The position numbers were made by a program, and so were the translations under genes. The notes under the pieces were generated by a model. It did no database searches, was not told where the DNA came from, and worked only from the letters and a program-made list of their open reading frames with translations. 52,362 nt of DNA from positions 1-52,362 of the forward strand of contig JAUWXM010000001.1 in the NCBI GenBank assembly GCA_030616365.1, written 5' to 3'. The DNA is from a bacterium. Lineage in GTDB: Bacteria; UBP18; UBA7526. Each line of letters begins with the position of its first letter. The stretch's first letter is position 1. Of the stretch, positions 30,671 to 38,237 are shown one piece after another.

Positions 30671-33052
30671 ATCAACGCGAATCTAAAACAGGAATATTCG
30701 CGAATAAGATACCCGCTTGTCGCTATTATCCTCGTCTATATCTCAGGAATCATCCTGGGGCATCTATTAGACATCTCCCTCCCTTCTCTACTCTCCATTC
30801 TCGCTCTCCTTTTAATCCTTTTCTTCCTTGCTTTCTGGAGGAAGAAACCTACCATCTCCACTCTTCTCTTGGGTATTCTGCTTCTTCTCGCCAGCCTCCT
30901 CTACCATGACATTACTCTCGAGCGTATCACCAGAGGAGAGATAACCCCCTTTCTCAATAAAGGCTGGGTTGAGATTTTAGGTACTATCGATCGTCTGCCC
31001 GAGATTAAAAAAGATAGAATCCATTTAATCGTTAAGACAGAGAAGATATCGTTCAAGAAGAAAGAATTCTCAGTCAGAAGCAGAATCCGGGTATCTCTCC
31101 CGAAAGGTAAGACCTCCCTTAATTATGGAGACAGGCTCAGGATCAGGGGAGAATTAATCTCTCCTCCTGGAGCCAGGAATCCCGGAGGCTTCAGTTACCG
31201 GAATTACTTAGCAACCCAGAAGATATCTGCTTTAGTAAATCTGGTCGTTGATGAGCAGATAGAAAATATTGGAAAAGCAAGGGTCAATCCCTTCTTCAGG
31301 ATTGCTTTCTATCTCCGGAAGCGCTTGGTTGAGACCATTGACCATACCCTCCCTTCCCGCGAAGGCTCGGTATTAAAGGGTATCCTTTTAGGAGAAAGAG
31401 GAGAGCTCCCTTCCACCCTTCGCCAGGCATTCATTGCTACTGGAGTGGCTCATGTCTTAGCAGTCTCTGGCCTCCACGTTGGCCTCATCGTGATCTTCTT
31501 CCATTATGGTCTCTTTCGTCTGTTTCGTCTACCCAACAAGGGAAGTGCTCTCCTTACCCTCTTCATCATTATTCTCTACTGCTTTATGACCGGTTGTCGG
31601 CCCCCTGTGGTGCGCGCCACGATTATGTTCGGTCTTTTTCTGCTTGCCTCTTGCCTGGGACGAAAAAGAGAGGTCTATACTACCTTAGCCCTGGCTGGTC
31701 TGGTCATCCTCTTAATCAATCCCCTTACCCTGTTCGACCTTAGATTCCAGCTCTCTTTTGCTGCCGTGCTTTCCATTCTATATCTCTATCCCAGGATCTG
31801 GTCCAGACTAAAGTTCCTCTCCTCCTATCCCGCAGGTTTGATAAGTGTCTCCCTTGCTGCCTGGGTAGGGGTAGTCCCCTTAGTTGCCTATCACTTCAAC
31901 TATTTTACTCCGGTAACCATCTTAGCCAATCTCTTTGTCATTCCTTTAGTTACCATTGTCGCCGCCTTAGGCTTTCTAGCCACCATCTGCTCCTTCTTTC
32001 TTCCCTTGGCCCAGCTCTTCTCTTCCTCTAACTGGCTCTTTCTCACTATCCTAATAAAGGTCATCCATCTCTTCAGCCACTTTCCCGGAGCCGGGATAAG
32101 AGTTGTTACCCCTTCTCTTTCTTTCATTAGTATCTATTACTTAGGCATTGTCGGGCTAATAAATTTTAAACGTTCCCTTTTAATAAGAAAAGCAATCTCT
32201 ACGGGAGCCCTGTGCCTGATAGCCATCTTCGTCTGGGGAAATATCTTTGCCTCTCAAGATAAGTTACTGAAGGTTACTTTCTTAGATGTTGGTCAGGGGG
32301 ATTCAGCCTTCATCCAGTTCCCTGATAGAAAGAGTATGCTCATTGACGGAGGAGATGGTAGGCTTGATATTCTACCTTCTTATCTCTGGGATGAGAGAAT
32401 AAGGAGAATCGATTACTTAGTATTAACCCATCCCCATGCCGATCATGTGACCGGACTCATCAACGTTCTCTCCTATTTCAAGGTAGGCGAGGTCTGGGAC
32501 AGTGGTCAGGAATTTACTTCACCAGAATATGAGAAATTTTTGAGGATTATTGACGACAAAAAAATTGCCTACAAAATAGTCCGGGCGGGTCAGAGGCTAT
32601 CCATAATGCCTGGGGTGGGGATGGATATCCTCCATCCTCAAGAAAGATTCCTGAAGGGTGGCGGTTCAGAACCAAATAATAACTCCATAATAATAAGACT
32701 CCTCTATAAAAAGGTAAGCCTTCTCTTTACCGCTGATATTGAGAAAGAAGCAGAGGATCTTTTAGAGAGAAAATATGGTACTCAACTACATAGCACTATC
32801 CTTAAGGTTCCCCATCAAGGATCTAAGACCTCAAGCACTTTAAAATTTTTAGAGAAAGTTTCCCCAGAATGTGCTATAATCAGCGTTGGTGCCCGGAATC
32901 CCTTCGGTCATCCCAATCCCGCAGTCCTCAAGAGATACCAGAAGATGAAGATTAAGACATATCGAACGGATGAGCGTGGGGCAATAATCATAACCACAGA
33001 CGGGGAGAAATACTGGGTGAGGACCATCTCCCAGACCTGGAGGAATAGATGA
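30671..33052 (+). CDS. comEC: ComEC/Rec2 paralogue 2 (OB region + competence domain + intact MBL domain); start codon unresolved
   Basis: GVAHVLAVSGLHVG. LKVTFLDVGQGDS...LVLTHPHADHVTG...VPHQGSKTSS...FGHP. The ORF track starts at TTG 30869, but the frame is open from 30593. Positions 30710-30868 encode two further hydrophobic helices. ATC 30671 lies 6 nt after AAGGAG. Confidence 0.85.
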   Translation: MNANLKQEYSRIRYPLVAIILVYISGIILGHLLDISLPSLLSILALLLILFFLAFWRKKPTISTLLLGILLLLASLLYHDITLERITRGEITPFLNKGWVEILGTIDRLPEIKKDRIHLIVKTEKISFKKKEFSVRSRIRVSLPKGKTSLNYGDRLRIRGELISPPGARNPGGFSYRNYLATQKISALVNLVVDEQIENIGKARVNPFFRIAFYLRKRLVETIDHTLPSREGSVLKGILLGERGELPSTLRQAFIATGVAHVLAVSGLHVGLIVIFFHYGLFRLFRLPNKGSALLTLFIIILYCFMTGCRPPVVRATIMFGLFLLASCLGRKREVYTTLALAGLVILLINPLTLFDLRFQLSFAAVLSILYLYPRIWSRLKFLSSYPAGLISVSLAAWVGVVPLVAYHFNYFTPVTILANLFVIPLVTIVAALGFLATICSFFLPLAQLFSSSNWLFLTILIKVIHLFSHFPGAGIRVVTPSLSFISIYYLGIVGLINFKRSLLIRKAISTGALCLIAIFVWGNIFASQDKLLKVTFLDVGQGDSAFIQFPDRKSMLIDGGDGRLDILPSYLWDERIRRIDYLVLTHPHADHVTGLINVLSYFKVGEVWDSGQEFTSPEYEKFLRIIDDKKIAYKIVRAGQRLSIMPGVGMDILHPQERFLKGGGSEPNNNSIIIRLLYKKVSLLFTADIEKEAEDLLERKYGTQLHSTILKVPHQGSKTSSTLKFLEKVSPECAIISVGARNPFGHPNPAVLKRYQKMKIKTYRTDERGAIIITTDGEKYWVRTISQTWRNR

Positions 33053-33101
33053 GAGAGAAGCGAGGAGGGAGGCGAAGCTTCAGGGCAAGCCCGTTGTCCA
33101 G

Positions 33102-33611
33102 GTGCAGGAAGGCCGGCCGGTGAAGAAGGAAAGAGAGGTAGAAGAAAAGAGGTTACTAGAGGAAAAGGGAAAATTAGAGGAGACCTCTCTTCAGGAAGAA
33201 GAGCGATTGAGGAAAGCGGCCCTGGAGAGGGAGAAAGAGGTCCGGGTAGCGGAGGCGAGGAGAAAGTTAGAGGAGTTACGCAAGAAAGAGGAAGAGCAGA
33301 GAAGAGTCGCCATTGAGGCTTCTCGCAAGGTACAGGAGGCACGCCAAGCGAGAGAAACGGAAGAAAAGAGACTAAAACTGAGAATAATAGAACTGGAAAA
33401 GGCCAAGAAAGTTCCAGAGAAGAAAGTTTCTGCCCCCCTACCGGTTTTTAAAAAGGAAGAAGCGACTCCACCGCCTACTCCAAAGAAAAGAAAAGCCGAA
33501 GCCCCAACAGTAGCAAAGGCCACACCTCCTATCCTTTTTTTGAAAATCACAATTGCTATTGCCCTTATCCTGATCAATATCCTTATCTGGAGAGCATTAT
33601 TTACTAAATAA
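33102..33611 (+). CDS. Tail-anchored E/K/R-rich coiled-coil protein, unknown function
   Basis: Charged heptad-like sequence, a proline-rich linker, and a C-terminal TM ILFLKITIAIALILINILIW. GTG start, weakly supported. Confidence 0.4.
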   Translation: MQEGRPVKKEREVEEKRLLEEKGKLEETSLQEEERLRKAALEREKEVRVAEARRKLEELRKKEEEQRRVAIEASRKVQEARQARETEEKRLKLRIIELEKAKKVPEKKVSAPLPVFKKEEATPPPTPKKRKAEAPTVAKATPPILFLKITIAIALILINILIWRALFTK

Positions 33612-33624
33612 TGAGGAGGTGTTT

Positions 33625-34143
33625 ATGAGCATTTTAACCAGAGGAGAGATTCTGAAGGAGATTAAAAAGGGAAGAATAAAGATCGAGCCCTTCGACGAGT
33701 CAAAGGTAGGGCCAGGCTCCGTTGATCTTCACCTGGGGAATGAGTTCCGGGTATTCAAGAAGGTGCATAATGTAGTTCATGTATCAGAGAAAACTTCCCA
33801 TGAGCAGGTAACAGAGGTAATCAAGGTAAAGAAATACTTTGTCTTGATGCCTGGGGAGACGATACTGGGGATAACAAAAGAGAAAATTACCCTACCCAGT
33901 GACATCTGTGGCTGGCTTGAGGGAAGATCGAGATTCGCCAGATTTGGTCTTCTGGTCCACATCTCGGCCAGTTTCATGCATCCCGGGATCGCCAATCACC
34001 AGGTCCTGGAGATCTCAAATTTTAGCCCCATGCCCCTGGCCATCTATCCTGGAACACCCATCTGCCAGTTCATCTTTCAGAGAACGATTGGCAAGGCAAA
34101 ATATCACGGGAAATATAAGGCTCAGGATGAGACGAACTTTTAG
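33625..34143 (+). CDS. dcd: dCTP deaminase
   Basis: GSVDLHLGNEFRVF...ILGITKEKITLPSDICGWLEGRSRFARFGLLVH...HQVLEISN...PICQFIF. SD gaggagg before ATG 33625. Confidence 0.85.
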   Translation: MSILTRGEILKEIKKGRIKIEPFDESKVGPGSVDLHLGNEFRVFKKVHNVVHVSEKTSHEQVTEVIKVKKYFVLMPGETILGITKEKITLPSDICGWLEGRSRFARFGLLVHISASFMHPGIANHQVLEISNFSPMPLAIYPGTPICQFIFQRTIGKAKYHGKYKAQDETNF

Positions 34144-35083
34144 CGCCTCTTCCTTTGATGCTAACTTACCCTTTAGATTTGAGGGAAAAGTCCACAGCAT
34201 CTTTTCTAAGGCCCTCAATATTAAAATAGAACAAAATGAACTTATCTCTATCGTAGCAGCGGAAAAGTTAAATGGTCCCAATCGTATTCTCCTTCAACTT
34301 CCCGAAGATGAAGATTTCTTTTCCTTTGGAATAAAAAAGGAAGCGAGAACAGTAGGAACTACTCAGAAGATAAGTATTGATAACGGAAATTTCCTCATCT
34401 CTTTAAGAGAAGCGAAGAAATGGTCGCCTAAAATTGAGATAAAAGGAAAGACATCAAGTGCTCGGGTAAGAGACAACCTTACGTTTCTGAGCAAAAGCGA
34501 AGAAAGAGACAACTTGTTTGGCTCATTTCTCCAAAAAGATTTTTCAACCAAACAAGAAAGAAATAAGAAAGCCCCCCCGATAACTCGGGGAGAACCTTGT
34601 TTTCTCACTTCGTTCGAAAATAACATTTCTCAGGAATTAAGAATCCGTATTCAAGAATTAACTGGATCCATTAAAGAAAGAGATCCTTCCAAAATTTCAA
34701 AAAAGGTCAAGAGGCTCATCGGCTTTGGAGAAGGCCTCACCCCTTCTGGCGACGATTTTTTAGTGGGTCTTATCGTCTCTCTTTACTTCTTAAATGATTC
34801 AAGATTTGAACACCTCTCAAAGAAGATAAAAAAGGTTGTTGAGTTAGGAAAGAAAAGGACAACTTTCCTGAGTGAGAAGTTTTTAGAGTACGCCTGTCAG
34901 GGTAGATTCCCAGAAACCGTCCTCGATCTATTAGAGACAATTTTTTCTGGGGATAGCGTGGGGGTAAAAAAAGCGGCCAGAAGATGTTTAGACTTTGGCG
35001 CCACTTCAGGAAGAGATACCCTCTTAGGGGTAGTAAGAGGCTTAGATTTAATAGTCCAAGGTCCATTGTTCACCGATCACTGA
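34127..35083 (+). CDS. DUF2877 (YlbF-like) protein
   Basis: LIGFGEGLTPSGDDFLVGLIV motif, and position next to FdrA. The ORF-track extension to 33899 overlaps dcd out of frame. Confidence 0.65.
   Translation: MRRTFSASSFDANLPFRFEGKVHSIFSKALNIKIEQNELISIVAAEKLNGPNRILLQLPEDEDFFSFGIKKEARTVGTTQKISIDNGNFLISLREAKKWSPKIEIKGKTSSARVRDNLTFLSKSEERDNLFGSFLQKDFSTKQERNKKAPPITRGEPCFLTSFENNISQELRIRIQELTGSIKERDPSKISKKVKRLIGFGEGLTPSGDDFLVGLIVSLYFLNDSRFEHLSKKIKKVVELGKKRTTFLSEKFLEYACQGRFPETVLDLLETIFSGDSVGVKKAARRCLDFGATSGRDTLLGVVRGLDLIVQGPLFTDH
34560..34616 (+). repeat. In-frame intragenic copy of the AATAAGAAAGCC-hairpin-AGAACCTTGTT element
   Basis: gaaataagaaagcc-ccccga-taac-tcgggg-agaaccttgttttctcacttcgttcg, translated as RNKKAPPITRGEPCFLTSF. 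Confidence 0.7.
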
Positions 35084-35090
35084 GGCAAAG

Positions 35091-36632
35091 ATGATTTTAA
35101 AGAATATTGTTAAGAAAAACACCTATCAGGATTCTGTCTTCTTGATGTCCATTGCCCATAGAGTAAAGTCTTTAGAAGGTATAGAGGAAGTATCCTGCCT
35201 AATGGGGACCCCGGAGAATAAGAAACTATTGGCAGAGGTAAATCTTTTAACTAAGGAGGGAGAAGAAGCAAAGCCCAATGACCTCTTGATTGCTATTTCT
35301 GCCCGGGACAAGAGGGCTATTGAAAAGACATTGAAGGAGATCAAAAAATTATTGGCGGAGAAAGAGGTTAGAAAAAAAGAAGGTGAGGCAATTTTACCTA
35401 AGAGCCTGGGTTCTGCCCTTGACCAGTTGCCGGGTGCCAATCTGGTTCATATCTCCATTTCCGGAAGGTATGTGAGATGGGAAGCGGAGAAGGCCTTGGA
35501 AAGAGGTTTAAATCTCTTCATCTTCAGCGACAATGTTCCTGTAGAGGATGAGTTAGAGTTAAAAAAGATAGCCCGGAAGAAGAACTTATTAGCCATGGGT
35601 CCGGACTGCGGAACAGCGATCATTAATGGTGTGGCCTTGGGCTTTGCCAATGTGGTCAGAAGAGGGGATATTGGGATTGTCGCAGCCGCAGGAACTGGCC
35701 TACAGGAGGTTTCGGTATTGATTCATAAAGCTGGCTTAGGAATCTCTCAGGGGATTGGAACTGGAGGAAGGGACCTGTCAAAGGAAATAGGCGGGATTAC
35801 CATGCTTCAGGGAATTAAAGCCCTGGAGAATGATCTGGATACCAGGATAATCGTTTTAATCTCCAAGCCTCCTGCTAAGGAAGTGGCAGATAGAATAATA
35901 AAAGAGGTAAAGAGGAGTAAGAAGCCCTTTGTCGTAAACTTTCTGGGAACTAGGCCAGAAAGAGAGAGTAAAAAAATATACTTTGCTTCTACCTTAGAGG
36001 AGACCGCTTATAAGGCAGTAGCTCTGAGAAAGAAAAAAGCGTATAAATCTAAAGTATTCAGCGAGAAGAAAGAGAGAATAATCTCTTTAGCGAAGAAAGA
36101 ATCCTCAAAATTAAAAGAGAGACAGAAGTATATTCGGGGACTATTCTCTGGGGGAACACTATGTGATGAGGCCATGCTCATTTTAAAGGATTTGATTGGC
36201 GATATCTATTCTAATCTTCCCCTAAAACCCTTTCTGAAGTTAAAGGACAGTAGACTCAGTCAAGAAAATTCTCTGGTTGACCTGGGAGATGATGAGTTCA
36301 CCAAGGGAAGACCCCATCCCATGATCGACTTTACTTTAAGAAATGAGAGGATTATTCAGGAGGCAGCCGATCCCCGAACAGCGGCAATCCTTCTGGATAT
36401 TGTCTTGGGTTATGGCGCCCATCCCCATCCGGCGAATGTATTAAGCCCTGCCCTTAAAGAGGCAAAAAAAAGGGGCGTTTCAATTGTCGCCTCTTTATGT
36501 GGCACAGAGGACGACCCCCAGGATTATAAGAGACAGAAGAGAGAGTTAGAGAAGATGGGAGCAATCATTATGCCCTCCAATGCCCAGGCAGCAAGGTTCG
36601 CTGCCCTAGTTGTAAGGAGAGGCAAAACGTAG
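35091..36632 (+). CDS. fdrA: FdrA-family protein (CoA-ligase/succinyl-CoA-synthetase-alpha-like), lacking the usual C-terminal module
   Basis: NTYQDSVFLMSIA...CLMGTPENKKLL...MGPDCGTAIINGVALGFANV...GIVAAAGTGLQE...GIGTGGRDLS...LISKPP...LGDDEFTKGRPHPMID. Confidence 0.8.
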   Translation: MILKNIVKKNTYQDSVFLMSIAHRVKSLEGIEEVSCLMGTPENKKLLAEVNLLTKEGEEAKPNDLLIAISARDKRAIEKTLKEIKKLLAEKEVRKKEGEAILPKSLGSALDQLPGANLVHISISGRYVRWEAEKALERGLNLFIFSDNVPVEDELELKKIARKKNLLAMGPDCGTAIINGVALGFANVVRRGDIGIVAAAGTGLQEVSVLIHKAGLGISQGIGTGGRDLSKEIGGITMLQGIKALENDLDTRIIVLISKPPAKEVADRIIKEVKRSKKPFVVNFLGTRPERESKKIYFASTLEETAYKAVALRKKKAYKSKVFSEKKERIISLAKKESSKLKERQKYIRGLFSGGTLCDEAMLILKDLIGDIYSNLPLKPFLKLKDSRLSQENSLVDLGDDEFTKGRPHPMIDFTLRNERIIQEAADPRTAAILLDIVLGYGAHPHPANVLSPALKEAKKRGVSIVASLCGTEDDPQDYKRQKRELEKMGAIIMPSNAQAARFAALVVRRGKT

Positions 36633-36672
36633 ACATGCTAAATTGCCAGAAAGTCCGCCACGATGCCAAGAT

Positions 36673-36724
36673 TTTGCGTCTTTCAGTTTCAGCCAGAGGC
36701 TGATCCGCCTTGGGCGGAAAATTT
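36673..36724 (+). repeat. 52-nt dispersed element (direct copy; inverted partner at 7097-7149)
   Basis: ttttgcgtctttcagtttcagccagaggctgatccgccttgggcggaaaattt. Confidence 0.85.
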
Positions 36725-36749
36725 TGCGCTTTGGCGGTTGCAAGGGAGG
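36722..36749 (+). promoter_or_regulatory. Conserved SD-fused box ttttgcgctttggcggttgcaagggagg
   Basis: Followed by ATG 36754. The ORF-track start 36643 reads through repeat DNA. Confidence 0.6.
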
Positions 36750-36753
36750 AGAT

Positions 36754-37836
36754 ATGGACTATTTAATTAAGAAGGTCAGGAAAAGAGACTTTTCTCTCTA
36801 CAGGATAGACCCGGATGGGAAGGGAGTGAGAAGATACATCATTTCTACTCCCCAGACGCGAAAGATATGTAATATTCCGGAGATCATGGGTTTCGAATAT
36901 ATAAGCACCCTCCAGGAAGGGATGAAGAAGATTCTGAAGAACCTTCCTTTCCATCGCTTCGATGATAAAAGTGTCTCTGTCTTACACTTCTTAAGAGGAG
37001 GACTCAACTTCGGCCTCCCTTTTCTCCTTCACAAGGTCTATGGCTTTAATAGGCACTTCTCTTCCTTCATTACCTCCCAGAGATATAAGAAAAGAGGAAA
37101 ATGGTCCATAAAGTTAGACCAGTATCGGAAGTTTTCTATTCCTAAGGATACCAATATCTTCTTGGGGGATGTCATCGCTACCGGAACCACCTTAGAGAAT
37201 GGATTGGGGATACTTTATAGGAGATGTTTGGAAGAGAAGAAGAATATCAGGAACTTCATCGTCTTCACTATCGGTTGTCATAAAGCAGAGAAAATCTTAG
37301 AGAGATTCGATAGACTCTTCAGGACATCATTCGACTATCAAAACACCTATCTCTATTATTTAGAAGGGAGGTTCGGTCTTCCAGAGAAGAGGAAGGATTT
37401 TAGGATCTGTATTCCGGGAACAGACCTCATTCGCCATCCCGCCCTTCTCTCCCCAGAGTTTGAACTATTCCAATATGAAAAAATATCTTATCCCTTGGAG
37501 AGATGCGCTATTTATGATGTGGGCTCTCGCTCCTTTGAGTGCCTTACTCACTTAAAGGATGTCATTGACTACTGGGAGAAATTGTCAAATACAGAAATGA
37601 CTCTCTATGAGGCGTATAAAGAGAGATGGCCGGAGAGGGAATATAGTTCGTTTGCGAGACTGAGAGAAACAAAGAGAAAAACCTGGAGGAATATGGATTC
37701 AAAGTTAATTAAGAACCTTTACCAGGCATACCAAAGGAGATGGACTCCAAAGAGAATAAGAGAGGCCAAGAAGAAAAACGCCCTCAAAAAATTCTGTAAT
37801 CAAAGAATAAAAGAAATAAAGAAACTGATGAAATGA
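36754..37836 (+). CDS. Uracil-phosphoribosyltransferase-like (PRTase fold) protein with a C-terminal extension of about 150 aa
   Basis: VLHFLRGGLNFGLPF...SSFITSQRYKKRGKW...IPKDTNIFLGDVIATGTTLENGL parallels the UPRT RAGLG / PRPP-loop (D-x-x-x-A-T-G) layout. Confidence 0.55.
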   Translation: MDYLIKKVRKRDFSLYRIDPDGKGVRRYIISTPQTRKICNIPEIMGFEYISTLQEGMKKILKNLPFHRFDDKSVSVLHFLRGGLNFGLPFLLHKVYGFNRHFSSFITSQRYKKRGKWSIKLDQYRKFSIPKDTNIFLGDVIATGTTLENGLGILYRRCLEEKKNIRNFIVFTIGCHKAEKILERFDRLFRTSFDYQNTYLYYLEGRFGLPEKRKDFRICIPGTDLIRHPALLSPEFELFQYEKISYPLERCAIYDVGSRSFECLTHLKDVIDYWEKLSNTEMTLYEAYKERWPEREYSSFARLRETKRKTWRNMDSKLIKNLYQAYQRRWTPKRIREAKKKNALKKFCNQRIKEIKKLMK

Positions 37837-37994
37837 AGAAATTACTTGGCAAGAAATTAAAGGTTATCGATCTGGGGCTGGAGTCCTTTCATGATTCATT
37901 AAAGGAGCAGGGAGTGGATGTTCTGCACGTTGACTGGAGACCACCCGCTGGTGGAAATAAGAGACTAATGGAAATCCTGAAGAAACTAAAGTGA
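37833..37994 (+). CDS. 53-aa ORF resembling the detached C-terminal module of FdrA
   Basis: KVIDLGLESFHDSLKEQGVDVLHVDWRPPAGGNKRLMEILKKLK. As I recall it, E. coli FdrA ends ...INIGLRSFALEL...VVHYQWSPVAGGNKKLARLLERLQ. ATGA overlap with the upstream gene. Below the ORF-track size cut-off. Confidence 0.55.
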   Translation: MKKLLGKKLKVIDLGLESFHDSLKEQGVDVLHVDWRPPAGGNKRLMEILKKLK

Positions 37995-38146
37995 AGAAGA
38001 AATTATTTTCTATTTTAATTATAGCCTTTCTTTTCTTAAGCTTTGATGGAGAAACTAAATCTTCTCTTTGGTTGAATAAAGTAGAGGGAAGGGTTATCTC
38101 ACAGTCGGGGGAGTATTCTCTTATTATGAGTTTTCCCATCCTATAG
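37991..38146 (+). CDS. Possible 51-aa exported peptide (GTGA-coupled); may be the frameshifted 5' part of a longer gene
   Basis: VKKKLFSILIIAFLFLSFDGE... looks like a signal peptide. A second open frame, 38080-38241, ends in an ATGA overlap with the next gene. Confidence 0.25.
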   Translation: MKKKLFSILIIAFLFLSFDGETKSSLWLNKVEGRVISQSGEYSLIMSFPIL

Positions 38147-38237
38147 GAGACCGCTTAACAGATAAGAAATGGCAGACGATGTTAAAAGAAGGTAGGGAGC
38201 CGCCACTGCCCATCTGGACGAAGACTTTTATTGAGAA

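Noticed and set aside
33053-33101. Short ATG-initiated frame at 33049 overlapping the ComEC-2 stop
   Set aside because: It terminates after about 25 codons in purine-rich repeat-like sequence, and nothing supports it as coding.
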